Below are positions 1 to 13,118 of a stretch of DNA of 64,000 bases, one piece after another. The position numbers were made by a program, and so were the translations under genes. Numbering within the stretch: position 1 is the stretch's first letter; each line of letters begins with the position of its first letter. Source of the stretch: Mobula birostris (lineage: Eukaryota); the NCBI RefSeq assembly GCF_030028105.1, contig NC_092379.1:23739821-23803820 (forward strand), read 5' to 3'. The notes below the pieces were generated by a model. It was not told where the DNA came from. It saw only the letters and a list, made by a program, of their open reading frames with translations, and ran no database searches.

Positions 1-540
1 TCTTGCCCATTCTTCCAATCTGCCTAAATCCTTCTTAATCTTACCCGTTCCCTCAACGCTATCTGCCCTTCCACCAACCTTCGTATTATTTGCAATGTCA
101 TCTATTCCATCATCTAAATCATTTATACACAGCATAAAAAAGTAGTCCCATTACCGATCCCTCGGGAACACCACTAGTCACTGGCAGACAACCAGAAAGG
201 GATCCTTTTATTGGCTCCTAGCAATCAGCCAATGCTCTAACCATGTTACTAACTTCCCTGTAACACCATGGGCTCTTAATTTGGTAAGCAGCCTCATGTG
301 TGGCATCTTGTCAAAGGCCTTCTGAGCATCTACTGTATCTCCTTTAGCCATCTTACTTGTAATCTCCTCAAAGAATTCCAATAGGTTCGTCAAGCAGGAT
401 TTTCCCTGAAGGTGACTTTGTACTATCTTGTCCTCTGTCAACAAGTATTCCATCACTTCATCCTTACCAATTGACTGCTACATCTTCCCAACCACTGAGA
501 TCAGGCTAACTAGTCTATAATATCCTTTCTGCTGCATTCC
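1..540 (-). mobile_element. CR1-clade LINE reverse-transcriptase fragment (degenerate)
   Basis: ORF 208..456 reads GKSCLTNLLEFFEEIT...AFDKMPHMRLLTKL, the RT segment typical of CR1-like LINEs; broken by stops and frameshifts. Confidence 0.85.
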
Positions 541-547
541 TCCTTTA

Positions 548-2470
548 AGAACATAAGAATATAAGAAATAGGAGCAGGACCCCGGCCCACCGAGCCTGCC
601 CTGCCATTCAATAAGATAATGTCTGATCTGTCCGTAAACTCAGCTCTATCTACCTCTCTTTTCCCCATAACCCTTAATTCCCTTACTATGTAAAAACCTA
701 TCTAACTGTATCTTAAATATATTTAGTGAAGAAGCCTCAGCTGCTTCTCTGGGCAGAGAATTCCACAGATTCACTACTCTCTGGGGAAAATAGTTTCTCC
801 TCAGCTTCGTCCTAATTCTTCCATCCGAATCCTGAGGCAATGCACAATATGTCTAGTCTCACCGACCAATGCAAACAACTTTCCTATTTCTATCTTTATC
901 CCTTTCAAAATTTTGTATGTTTCTATAAGATCCCCTCTCATTCTTCTGAAATCCAGAGAGTATAGTCCCAGGCGAGGCAATGTATCCTCATAGGTTAACC
1001 CCTTCATCCCTGGAATCAACCTGGTGATCCTCCTCCGCACTGGCTCCAAAGCCAGTATATCCGTCCTCAAGTATGGAGAACAGAACTGCACACAGTACTC
1101 CAGGTGTGGCCTCACTAGAACCCTGTATAGTTGCAGCATGACCTCCCTGCTGTTTAATTCAATCCCTCTCGCAATGAAGGCCAACATCACGTTTGCCTTC
1201 TCAATAACCTATTGTACTTGCAAGCCAACTTTTTGCGACTCATGAACAAGCACTCCCAAGTCTCTCTGCACAACAGCATGCTGCAATATTTCACCATTTA
1301 AATAATAATCTGCTCTTTTATTATTCTTTCCAAAGTGGATGATCTCGGATTTGCCAACATTGTATTCCATCTGCTAGACCTTCGCCCACTCACTTAACCT
1401 ATCTATATCCCTCTGCAGACCCTCCACATCCTCTGCACAATTTGCTTTTCCACTCAGTTTAGTGTCATCAGCAAATTTTGTTCTACTACACCCAGTCCCC
1501 CTCTTTCAAATCATCAATATAAATGGTAAACAGCTGTGGGCCCAGCACCGACCCCTGTGGCACCCCACTCACCACCGACTGCCAACCGGACAAACATCCA
1601 TTTATACCAACTGTCTGCCTTCTTTTGGTTAACCAATCCACCATCCATGACAATACGCTTCTCCCGACTCCATGCATCCATATCTTATTTATAAGTCTCT
1701 TGCGCGGCACCTTGTCGATCGCCTGTTCGCCTCTATCCACTGAATTCATTATGTCCTCAAAGAGCTCCAGTAGGGTTGTCAAACAGCATCTTCCCTTTCT
1801 GAATCCATGCCGCGTCTATCTAATGGAAACCACCTTTCTAACTGTTTAGCTATTTCTTCCTTAATGACAGCTTCAAGCATTTTCCCGACTACAAATGTTA
1901 AGCTAACTGGCCTATAGTTGCCCCTCTTTTGCCTACATCGTTTTAAAAAAAAGTGGGGTGACATTTGCTGTGTTGCAGTCCGCCAGACCTACCCAGAGTA
2001 TAGAGAGTTTTGATAAATTATTACCAGCGCGTCTACTATAACCTCCACCAATTCTTTCAGCACCCAGGGATGCATCCCATCAGGACCAGGGGACTTATTT
2101 ACCTTCAGGCCCTCTAGTTTGCTCATCACTATTTCTTTAGTGACAGTGATTTTATCTGAGTCCTTACCTCCCATTTCGTCCATAACATACTTATTTGGCA
2201 TATTGGACGTGTCGTCCACCGTGAAGACCGACACAAAATAGTCGTTCAATGCCTCAGCTATTTTCTTGTCACCCAAAATCAATTTCCCCTTCTCTTCTCC
2301 AAGGGACGTACGTTGACTTTATCTACCCTCTTCCGCTTTATACGTTTATAACAACTTTTGCTATCTGTTTTTATATTTTGTGCTAATTCACTTTGATACT
2401 CCATCTTCCCTTTCCTTATTTCTCGTCTAGTTGTTCTCTTTCTTAAAGAGTGGAGTAACATTTGCAATTT
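548..2470 (-). mobile_element. CR1-clade LINE, 3' ORF2 and tail (degenerate)
   Basis: Minus ORFs 801..1190 (LYRVLVRPHLEYCVQF...RMRGDLIETYKIL), 1486..1782 ([21 protein letters not shown]), 1779..1964 (GNYRPVSLT) and 1989..2282 (KSPGPDGMHP) are collinear CR1 ORF2 pieces; short-repeat tail near 548-570. Confidence 0.9.
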
Positions 2471-2934
2471 TCCAGTTCTCTAGCACCATGCCAGAATCCA
2501 ATCATTTCTAATGCCAGAACAATCTCTAAAGCTACCTCTTTCAGAACCCTAGGGTGCAGTTCCTCTCTCTGGGTGACCTATGCATCTTTAGGTCTTTCAG
2601 ATTTTTGAGCTCCGTCCCCTTTGTGACAGTAACTGCACACACTTCTCTTCCTTAACACAGACTGACACAAACTACTCATTTAGTTCATCAGCCATTTTCT
2701 TGTCCCTCGTTATTGTTTCTCCTGTCTGATTTTCTAGTGGTTCTATAAGCCCACTCATTTCTCTTTTATTTATTTAAGATACTTGAAAAAAAACTTTTGC
2801 TCTTCACCTTGATATTATTTACTAGCTTGCTTTCATATATCATGGTTTCCCTTCTAATAATTAAAAAAAAATTGTTCTCTGGACGTTTTAAAAAAAAAAA
2901 GTTCGCAATCCTCTTTCTTCCGCCATTTCCTTTG

Positions 2935-3746
2935 CAGCCATCCCACCCTGCAAAAACTCATTTCAGGAAGGTAGCACCATCAATTTGCGGGAGACTGCCG
3001 GGAGAGGTGGGATGCCTGCAATAGAGTAGCTCCTTAGCAGCCAGCCAGCTAGTTTAAATAACGTTAGCTATGCTAATGACGAATGACACCTGTTAAACTC
3101 ACCTCAACATGTCTTTTACATTTTAACCCACCATGGGCAATAGTAAAGTCACTGTTGCAAACAGTGCAGCTAGAAACACTGTCATTATTTTTGACCCCTA
3201 TTAGGCAGGGGTACACTTTAGTGTAGTCTGGGGTGACGTACGTTTTATATATTTTTTGGAACACTCTGCCACTCTGACTTTTTTTTGAATTATCTCACTC
3301 TTGCTCTTGCTCTCGCTCTCTCTCTATCGCGCACTCTCTTGCTCTTGCTTTCTCGCTCTTGCTCTCGCTCTCTCGTGCTCTCTCACGCTTGCTTTCTCAC
3401 TCTTACTCTCTCCTGCGCTTGCTTTCTCGCTCTTGCTCTCGCTCTCTCACGTTTGCTTTCTCGCTCTTGCTCTCGCTCTCTCTCGGTCTCTCGCGCTTGC
3501 TTTCTCGCTCTCTCTCTCTCTCGCGCGCGCGCTCGCTCTCGCTTTCTCTCTCGTGGTCGCTCTCACTCGCTCTCGCGCTTGCTTTCTTGCTCTTGCGCTC
3601 GCTCTCTTGCTCTCTCTCGCGCGTTCTCTCACATTCGCTCTCAAAAATATCAATTTCTGGGATATTGGACATAATTTGCTGGCATCGGGGAGCCACTATT
3701 AAAATGCAGGAGACTCCCGGAACTTCCGGGAGAGGTGGGATGTCTG
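2935..3746 (-). mobile_element. Non-autonomous hAT-like DNA transposon remnant
   Basis: Imperfect 13-bp terminal inverted repeats CAGCCATCCCACC (2935-2947) and GGTGGGATGTCTG (3734-3746); internal minus ORF 3073..3264 has CTVCNSDFTIAHGG..CKRH, resembling a transposase N-terminal zinc finger. No matching 8-bp TSD seen. Confidence 0.6.
3295..3645. repeat. CT-rich compound microsatellite (CTCGCT/CTTGCT/CT)
   Basis: Directly visible low-complexity array; it generates the spurious LSLS/RERE ORFs in the track. Confidence 0.95.
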
Positions 3747-5956
3747 ACTTTGCTTTTAAAATAGCTTTGATTTCCCTTGTAAGCCATGGTTGTACTATTT
3801 TACCATTTGAGTATTTCTTCATTTTTGGAATGCACATGTCCTGCACCTTCCTCATTTTCCCCAGACACACACGCCATTGCTGCTCTGCTGACATCCCCTC
3901 CAGCATCTCCTTCCAATTTACTTAGGCCAACTACCATAACGTTGCCCTTTTGACTCGCCTTTTCTATTTCCCATTGCAACCTGTGGTCCACCTCCCAGCC
4001 ACTGTTGGGAGGCCTGTATATAACTGCCATAAATATCTTCTTACCCCAGCAGTTTCTTAACTCAACCCACAAGAATTCATCATCTTCAGATCCCATGTCA
4101 CCCCTTTCGACTGATTTGGTGCCATTCTTTACCAGTGGACCATACCACCCCATCTGCCTACCTTCCTATTCCTCCGATATAACGTGTAAGCTTGGACATT
4201 CAATTCTCAACTATAACTATTCTTCAGCCACAACATTATAATTAGAAAGCTGAAATATTGCAACATGATCATCCACCATATACAATGTGCGTTTAGATAC
4301 AACACCTTGAGTTATATCTCCTACTAAGGAAACATCGTATAATTCCATTCACACTCCAGTTATCTCCAAGAGAAATAGAACACGCACCACCCCAACTCCA
4401 CACATGCCAGTTATACGACTTGTTTACTTTTGCCATGAAATGCACTGAGTGGCCGGTTAACCTTCTGGCAGGTTATATGAATCTTGCAACAAATGGAAGG
4501 ATACACCGCTCACGGAGGTCAGCATGGAAGTCCATCTCCGAACTTGTGTGAGAACAATGGAACTAACTACACCACTACCAGGCAAAAAAAAAAGGCTAAT
4601 AACCCGACGATTTGCATTTCAGTGGTTTGAAGAAAGAGACTATAGAGCTGATAAATACTCTGGATTCATAAGTGGTGCTGTGAATTGACTGACAGAAAAT
4701 GCGACACTCTATTAAATCAAGCAAGAACAGGAACCTACTTAACGGTTAGACAAATGTTTGTGATGAGAAGATTGCTAGCGTTGGTTATGATGCATATATT
4801 TTTTTTTATTGCACACCATGAAAATAATCAGAAGCTCAAGGAGATGGTAGCCTGGTTACATGAAATGGAAATTGTTTAACTAATACATTGCATGTTCTTT
4901 GGGAATGTAACTAAGTGAGTGGATAACAGGGAACAACTTGATGTGGTGTATTCTCAATTTTCGAGGGCGTTCCATATTTTCCAATATACTGACATATTGA
5001 AGATTGATTATAATGTGGAACACAAAGAGAGGAGATCATCGGATCTTTCTCAAGGTGATCGGCAGAATATTGCTTTATACTGCGTTGACCTGGATCCATA
5101 TCAATGATTTGGCCGAATAGACCATGTCCCATAATTCTGTATTGTCTAACGACAGATAAATGGGAAAACCTCTTCTGCACCCTCTCCAAAGCCTGAAAAT
5201 TTTTCTTTTAATGGGGTGACCAGAACTAAGTGAAAATTTTCGGAAGCAATGATACTATAATTTTCTAAATTTACTAACCCTAAACCTAACCCTAATATGA
5301 CTTTCCGACTCCGAAACTTATTGTGTTGACTTATAAATGCAAGCATGCTTTATGCCATCTTTATTACCATAACAACTTATGCAACCAATTTCAGGGAGAT
5401 ATGGACAGATCTCAAGAGCCCTTTGAACATCTACACTGTTAACGGTCTTGGGATTAGTAGTGCGCCGCCCCTTTAAGATACATGTGTCAAAGCGAAACAC
5501 CTCTCATTCAGTCAGATTAAACGTCATATTCTACAGAATTCTGACCTCACAAGCCACTTCATTATGAACTTCACCTTGACTGCTTCACTGCACTTTCTCT
5601 GTAATACTTTATTTTGTATCTTCTTATTATTTCCCTTGTATGCCGTAGATGTACTCTTGGGATGAATTAATCTGTACGCATAACACGTAAACGGAATTTT
5701 TCACTGCACCTCTGCAGATGTGATATTCGTAATTTGCAAACAAACACATTTATCAAATTACATCTGCAACAGATTGATATCCTCCCATATCATCTAGTAA
5801 TCTTCTGCATTATGCATAGCATCACAAATATTTGCTTCGACTAAGAACTAACTAGCACACCCAATGAATCTACATTTTCATCTAGGTCACATATGATTTT
5901 TAATATGAATATAAATAAACAACCAAGTAATAAGTGTGTACTTGTGTATAAATGCA

Positions 5957-6101
5957 NNNNNNNNNNNNNNNNNNNNNNNNNNNNNNNNNNNNNNNNNNNN
6001 NNNNNNNNNNNNNNNNNNNNNNNNNNNNNNNNNNNNNNNNNNNNNNNNNNNNNNNNNNNNNNNNNNNNNNNNNNNNNNNNNNNNNNNNNNNNNNNNNNNN
6101 N
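5957..6101. other. Assembly gap (145 N)
   Basis: Run of N. Confidence 1.
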
Positions 6102-6560
6102 ACGCATCACTTTCACCAATCATTTCCGTCAACTCCTCGAAAATCTCAATCAAGTTAGTATGACACAATTTGCCCCCCATATAACCATTCTGACTGTCCC
6201 TAATTCTAAATGCTCATGGACCATAATCCATAGAACTCTCTCCATTAGCTGACCTACCACTGACGTGAGCACCATTATTATATAGTTTCTACGGTTACCC
6301 CTGTTTCCCTTCTTGAAGAAAGAATAGCTCTCCATCCCAGAGAGAACACAGAGATCTTGGTGAAGACCCAATCAGGTTTGCCCAACCCGAGGATTGGTTA
6401 ATCAACGGAAGACATAGAGTGTGTAGATTGACAGTGCTTTTTATTCCCAGAGTGGAAATGTCAAATAATGGAGGGTATAGGTTTAAGATGAGAGGGAGAA
6501 AGCACAACAGAGATGTAAGAGGCAATTGTAATCACAGAGAATGGCTGGAAATTCTGCAGG
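6102..6560. mobile_element. Degenerate CR1 LINE fragments
   Basis: Minus ORF pieces GKLCHTNLIEIFEEL and NRRNYIIMVLTSVVGQLME resemble CR1 RT; the plus-strand stretch 6400-6560 resembles a LINE 3' end. Confidence 0.55.
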
Positions 6561-8239
6561 GCCTACGGCCTCTAACTCCTTTTTGTTCATTGAGTTGTTT
6601 TGTACGAATAAGTTCTTCTGGACGGACAGATAGAAGCAGGATTGGCTGTGATGGTATATAACGAAGAACATCTGAAAAATTATTCCTTGGCTAGCATTAT
6701 TTTCTTATCAACAGCGTGCTGATCAGCTACAGTCATTATGGACATGGATAGGTTTAACGAGGTTCCAGCAGAATGACCAATTCTGTTTCTCGCAGTAGAA
6801 AATGGGACGAATTTTTAGAAACTGAAGTTGTTCCGAGATATTGGAGTGTTGTTGCTATTGATGGCAGTTGTCTTTCAGTTCTCAGCCATTGAACAATATT
6901 GATTAGCTGGTAAAACCAACATACAAATGAAAAAAAATAGAACGTAGAAAATAGCATATTACAGACCATTTTTGATACTTCTATCATTTCATAGTTCCTC
7001 TTTTTACTTGTCTTCATTTGTGGGTACAATGGATCTAATATTTTTTCATAACTGAATGGCATTATTTACAGTATCGAAGCCATCGTTAGTAGCAGTAGCG
7101 AGATTTTTAGGCCTCTTCCGTGGATCAATTGAAAAGCGTCGAGCTACAATGCTAGAATAATGGAGTAATAGCAATAGAATAACAGGTACTGCGGTAAATC
7201 TATGTTATTCCCCTTTATAAAATTGGCCAATATTCTTACAAATCATTCTAATTAACGTACTTGTCCAATTACACTTTAAGCGTTGATTGTGTACATCCCT
7301 CAAGCAAATCCTATGGCAGCTTATTACATATATGGACCACCCTCTGTGTGAAAAAGTTCCCTCGGGCACCTTTAACATCTTTCACCTCTCACTGTAAACA
7401 TATACCAAACAATTCTTTATTCCATAATGGTGGGATGAAAACAGTGGATTTTGTCCCCATCTACTCCCTCATAAGACTTTGTGTGATAGACTCTCATTCT
7501 TCTATGCATCAGTAAAAATAGTCCTCTGAAGTCTTTTCACTTTAATATATATTCCCTGTGGCAGTGCAATCAAAGCTGAACACAAAGTTCCAGCCTTCCC
7601 GCCGACTCCTGGTGACAATCCCTTCTTCTCCGCCACCCCGGCTTTCCTCAATCCAGGCGGCTGGGCACACGATCGTCCAAAACATCAGGACAATGCAAAT
7701 GTAGATAAGGTGAAACACAAGGCCAGATAAACCAGGGAATCCAAGATAGATGAACAAATAAACACTGAAACTTGAATACATTGGCATCGATAGGTCCTTC
7801 GTCTCCCTGCGGCAATGCTGGCCTTTCCATATTGACTCCATTCGCTGAACCCCAAATGCCTGCTGTTTCAGGTGCTCATCTAGTATCTCACAAATGTTGT
7901 AATACTGCCTGCTTTCATCATATCTACAGTTGGTACCTTCTGGACTCTTTCCGAACTCCTGCGTTTAAGCGACGATAGATCATACATTTGCATTTGCAAA
8001 GATTAGAAGGATAAGGTCCTATAGAGGCAACTGGTATTCCGAAAGAGTGGCAAACAGAGTCGACATGGGTGTGGTGGACAGAAGGACCCATTTCAAGATT
8101 GTAAACCATGAATGGAAAATAAATAATACATTGTTTATTCTTAGTGGAAAGTAGGAGGCTGAGGTGAATTTTATAGCAGTTTATTAAATCATGAGGGTAG
8201 TAACTAAAGTACTTCGGTTGAGTCTGTTCCTTCAAGAGG

Positions 8240-8635
8240 ACCACAACCGTGTCGCGGTGTGGAGGCTTGCGTGCCTCAGTGACACGGAGAGCTCTGCTAC
8301 CGGGAGTCAGGGCTTTTCGCTTTGGCTTTTGGTAATATCACCGGTAACAAACAGGCCAGACTAAGAGTCGTCCATGAATCCTCCAAGTACGGGGGTTTAG
8401 CTCAGGGCTAACGACCCTGAGTGGTCAAACAAAACTGTGACGTAAACAGAAATGACGAAGTTTTCTAATTCTGTGTGCGACATTGTTCCAGAGTCCTACC
8501 CGGGACTTGCTTGATGGGCAGTGAACCGAAACGAAGCTACTGACACGATGAAGGAAGCCATGATCGCAACCAGGGATAGATGGAAAACCTTCATTGCCGC
8601 CCAAGAACGCCAGCGACGTAATGGGCAAAAGAAGC
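8240..8635 (+). mobile_element. Short non-autonomous RTE-like retroposon
   Basis: The 5' module GGAGGCTTGCGTGCCTCAGTGAC recurs at about 50315 and 59535 in this window; the 3' part GATGGAAAACCTTCATTGCCGCC resembles the end of RTE-clade ORFs (clade assignment is recollection, not searched). Confidence 0.45.
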
Positions 8636-9454
8636 AGCCGGAGTCAGTTAACTTTGGTCTAGGAGGCTAGAATTAAATGCATACGTTCAAGATGAGAGGT
8701 AGAAAAATCATTCAGTTTGAGGAGAAAAATGTTCACAAAACTGCTATTCGGTATTTGTAATGGGCGGACGATAGAGTATTTGGACGTGTAATTGAATAAG
8801 AATGGAGCAAAGAGATGCAAGTGCAATGAAGGCAGTTTGGATTAGTGCACATTGGCATCTTTGTCGGTATGGGAAATGGACGACGGGTCCGTTTCTGTGC
8901 AGCATAATTCGTGACTATCGTTGACGCTTTGATACCCTTAAAACCTACTATTTCTGAAGTGAACCTCGGCGATTTGGCCATTGACAACCGTATACGGCAA
9001 ATATTCATCTCTATCTCTTTACCCTCATAATTGTGTACCATTCCACTGGGTCCCTCCTTCCCCGCCTTCTCCGCCCCAAGTAACACAGACTCAGTCTCCC
9101 CAGTCTCTCTACATCAGTCGAACGCTCCCTCCCGGGTAAAATCATTTTCTCCTTTGCACACTATCTAATTCAAACAGATCCTACCTATACTGTAGCAAAA
9201 GAACAATCCGTCAGCCATCTAATGTTTTGAATGATATTTCTGCTCCTACGCTTCAATACTCCATCTAACAAAGGCACCTAAGCAGCTGTCTTCCTTGACT
9301 CCTTATGTACCTGTCCTCTACCATCAGTAATCCTTGGATTTATGATCTTCTTCGGCACACGCTAATCGTTCTTTGCACATGTCATTACTCTCCCAATATG
9401 TATAACCGGATTTTCCACATCAATTTCAGTTCTGGTCATGTTACTACACGAAAG

Positions 9455-9935
9455 ATGTGTATACTACAGACAGAGTGCAGAGGAGATTTACAAGGATGTG
9501 GCCTGGATTCGAGGGCGTACCTTATGAAAATAGGTTGAGGGTGCTTTGCCTTTTCTCTCTAGAGCGACGGAGGATAGGAAATGACCTGATAGAGGTGTAT
9601 AAGATGATGAGGGTCATTGATAGTATTGATAGCCAGAGGGTTTTCCCAGGGCTGAAATGGCGAAACCCAATGGGCATAGTTTTAAGATGCTTGGAAATAG
9701 GTACCAAGGGGATGTCAGGGGTAAGATTTTCACACAGAGAGTGGTGGGTGCGAGGAACGCACTGCCGGCGGTGGTGGTGGAAGCGGATACAATAGGATTT
9801 TTTTTTAACAGCCTCTTAGATAGGAACACGGAGCTTGGAAAATAGAGGACTATGCGCTAAGGACATTCTAGGCAGTTTCCAGAGTAGGTTACATGGTCGT
9901 CACAACATTGTGGACGTAGGGCCTGTAATGTGCTG
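9455..9935 (+). mobile_element. CR1 LINE 3' end (5'-truncated)
   Basis: ORFs 9457..9795 (RVQRRFTRM...LFSLERRR..DLIEVYKMM) and 9657..9845 (FTQRVVGARNALP). Confidence 0.85.
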
Positions 9936-12090
9936 TAAATAACAATGTATCTTTATATCAATCAGGTTCATATCTCCTCACAGTACAGAAATAGGTAATT
10001 CGGTCCATCTGTATCTTTCGAATCAGAGCCACACTTACATCTTTGTCACCTTCTCTTCCTCATGGGCCAATTGACTCCACTTTTATCCTTCAGCCACCTA
10101 GAGGAAGGAGAACTTGCTTTGACCACTTTATTTGGCATGTTTTTGAGATGCAGAAGTCTTTGAGACGGCGATATCCAGGGAACTTATGCAACCTCAGGCA
10201 GAAAGTGTGAACTCGTGGTCAGGATTGAACCGCCAGCTGGAAACTTGAGGCAGCTGTGTCAAACTTACTTTGATTTTGCACATTCATACAGTATGGCCAC
10301 AGGAATCTCCGAAGTCAAATGCTTTCACTGTGCTATCTCCAGCAAAGAAGAGTCCGAAATAAGCATCAGTTTCCAGTTTCATTACATGTGGGCGGCAAAG
10401 CGGCATACTGATTAGAGATATTTTCCCTTAATACCAATAACTGACGTTCAAATTGATCTCGGATTCTCTCCATATGGAATTTGTATGCTGTTCGTGAGCC
10501 CGGTTTAGTTTCATCCCACATCCCAAAGGATGTGGAATCCCAAATAAGCTCAATGTATTGCTCCATGTGCAGCCGAGTGCGTGGGTCTGGGAGAGGAGGG
10601 TGTTAATGAGAATTGGCCAAGTATAAAATATAAGCTTTATATAGGATTAGAGTAAATAGGTGAGTTGCGGTGGAGCAAAGGGCCTCTTTCCACGCCATGG
10701 AATTCTGTCATTCTACACAGAAGAACTATCTGCTACGCCATCGTGCATTTTGTGATCTCATCCTTTGCTGTATATACAGAGAAATGTTCAACGCAGAACA
10801 CTTGAGTGTTTGCACAAATGAGCTCTTCAAAGATGGCGAGGTAATAGGGAGCTAAGAGGCACTGGTTTCTGGAGGCAATATGTTGTGCAGTCGATAGGAT
10901 GCAGAAAAAAAATAAGGTACAACAGCTCCGGTTTTTGATCTCCCCAGATTAACACTTACATTGCTAGTTTCGACTGGCACGCCATGCAGAAAATACACAA
11001 ATTGAGCATAACTTTGATTCAAAGTATTCCCCTTAAGTAAAAATGATCACAGTGAAAAATCATGGAATTCATAACATATATCTCTGAGTTGCAAATGACA
11101 AGGCGTGTCAAATCAGGCAATTTGAATGCAACCTCACAGGTCGCTTGTGAGGCGCCTCGATTGCTGTGTACAGTTGTGGTCACCAGGATAAGGAGTAAAC
11201 TGGTGAAATTTCTCTAGTGGTTGCGCATAGAATTTCCAGCAGATTGCCTTCTGGGATTGCGGAAATTATTATGGAATCCCAGAATTACAGAGTCTGGGTT
11301 TTTAATCAATTGATTTTGGGAAATTGCAACGCTAAGTTTTGAAGGAAACATGTTCAGCGAAGATGTTGGTTACACAGTTGATAACTAAGATCGGCTGTTA
11401 CATAGCACCATTCACGTCCTCTGCGAAGATCTCAAAGGAGCTTACAGCTATTAAGATCTGATCGGCATCACTTTAGCGAGGTAACGTTGATTGAAAAAAA
11501 ATACAAAACTGTCCCATTACTTCGCAACACACATCCTTTCGTTGCCCAGACTGCTTTTCACAGTAATGCCAGTTTGAAATTTAATAATAAACACAGAAAA
11601 AGGGATCTTATGTATAAGACCTAACACAAGACTGCACTGCCTCCTCAAAAAAGACAGATTTTTTTTTAAAGCAACAGTTGGATGAGAAGCCTTATGACAC
11701 CGAAACAAAAAAAAACAGATCATGTTTAAGTGTTAGGTCCCTTTGTGTTTGAGTATTATATCTTCTTTCTGCAGGGACCTGGGAAAAGGGCAGGGGTTAA
11801 GTCGAAGCAATATACGTTAGCGCTACTACTGCGGACGAACAGCTACCATTTTTGTTTCACATTATTAGATTACTTGATTACATATTTTAAATTATTTTTA
11901 CTGCATTGAATTTATATTTCATTCTTTATATTTATAAATAAATGTAGGGGCTGCAGACAATTTAAAAATAGGTGTAGTGAAACATTTATAAATATTAATT
12001 TGATTCTAATGTTTTACCATTTGGAGAAGCTTGATTACATAAAGAAAATAATTAGTATCTATTTGGTAAAAATAAATTGTTTTTAAATAA

Positions 12091-12205
12091 CTAGGGAGAA
12101 TTTTTCCTTCATGAAAAAAAAATAATCTGTATTTCACAGAAATGAAACTGGGGAGAATGGTTCCTTCATGAAAAAAATAATAATCTGCGTTTCACAGAAA
12201 TGGAA
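12091..12205. repeat. Tandem duplication of about 59 bp
   Basis: GGGAGAA..TTCCTTCATGAAAAAAA..ATAATCTG..TTTCACAGAAATG occurs twice in tandem. Confidence 0.85.
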
Positions 12206-13118
12206 TATAGCCATGTGATAATTAATTCCCTTTGGTTGTTGCTAAGAAGAGATAGGTTTGATATGTATAAAAACAGTTCTGTTGCAGGCTGACTTTTTAG
12301 TTAATCTTGAAAATATTTTGTTTTCTTGCTTATTGCAGCATCCGTCCGCAATATCCCTTGCCTTAACTGCTATCTCGCTTCTCTAGTTTCTATTCGAAGC
12401 TGATGAAACCGCAGTTTTTCCGTTTGTGCAAATAGACTCATTTTGCCAGAGCATTTGCTAAAACCGCACCTCCAATATATTTCCTGCTGCCGTTGGTTGT
12501 CATGTCAACCAGGCATCTGGTTCCACCAATCAAGGCGTAGCTCCTCTCTCCTTATCAGCACCCTGTTGATGTCGAAACCTGTTAACTCTATTGCTACCGG
12601 TTGGTTTTAAAGTAAGGTTTACAAGATATATTATCTTATTAGTCCATGAGCAGATCTAGGCCACAGAGACCGCAGTCTATTAAATTAGGCGAATGATTAT
12701 AAAAATGTTTATTTAGCAAGTTAGTTATCCTTCATTTCGCATGTCTAAAACAGTATGCAATTGCATCATTTCTTAATTTTATAAGTAGGCAATTCTGTTT
12801 AGTTTGGATATTGGGGTCGATTTCTATAAACGTTTAGCTGGATAAAAATAATGGACAACCGGAAGGACTACCAGAGCAACATAAAATGACCTTTTAAAAG
12901 AAGAAGTGAAATATCCCGCAGTTTCTAGAAATTTGATACAAATACAGAACATGCTCAGAAAGTTCGGCAAATCAGGCAGTATCGCTGGAGACAGAAATAG
13001 TCAAGGTTTGGAAATGAAAAACATAGTGATGCAAGTTTGTTTTCAATAGGACAGACTGCCGAGGTTGATTAAAGGGATGTTTGTGTTACAACAAGTCGAA
13101 ATGACTTGATGGTGGCTG

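Larger units (their letters stand above)
2480..4330 (-). mobile_element. CR1-clade LINE endonuclease/linker region interrupted by a DNA transposon
   Basis: ORF 3800..4153 contains EFLWVELRN...MAVIYRPPNSG (APE-type endonuclease of CR1); LINE sequence resumes on both sides of the 2935-3746 insertion. Confidence 0.7.

Noticed and set aside
3285-3925. Long ORFs of 117-188 aa on both strands (LSLSR/RERE-rich)
   Set aside because: They are translations of the CT-rich microsatellite joined to LINE sequence; no domain content.
5170-5200. FGEG motif on the minus strand resembling a J segment
   Set aside because: It is the CR1 ALERVQKRF coding sequence read in another frame; no RSS or donor.
9075-9140. 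VTQTQSPQSLY, resembling a V FR1 on the plus strand
   Set aside because: Stop after 19 codons; no Cys, Trp, YYC, leader or RSS.
10269-10332. CACTGTG plus gtaagt donor 57 nt apart (possible J-alpha)
   Set aside because: No FGxG at the expected distance from the donor, an in-frame stop in the FG frame, and no nonamer.
11770-11850. TACTACTGCGG (YYCG) on the plus strand, possible inverted V end
   Set aside because: No upstream V framework and no heptamer after it.
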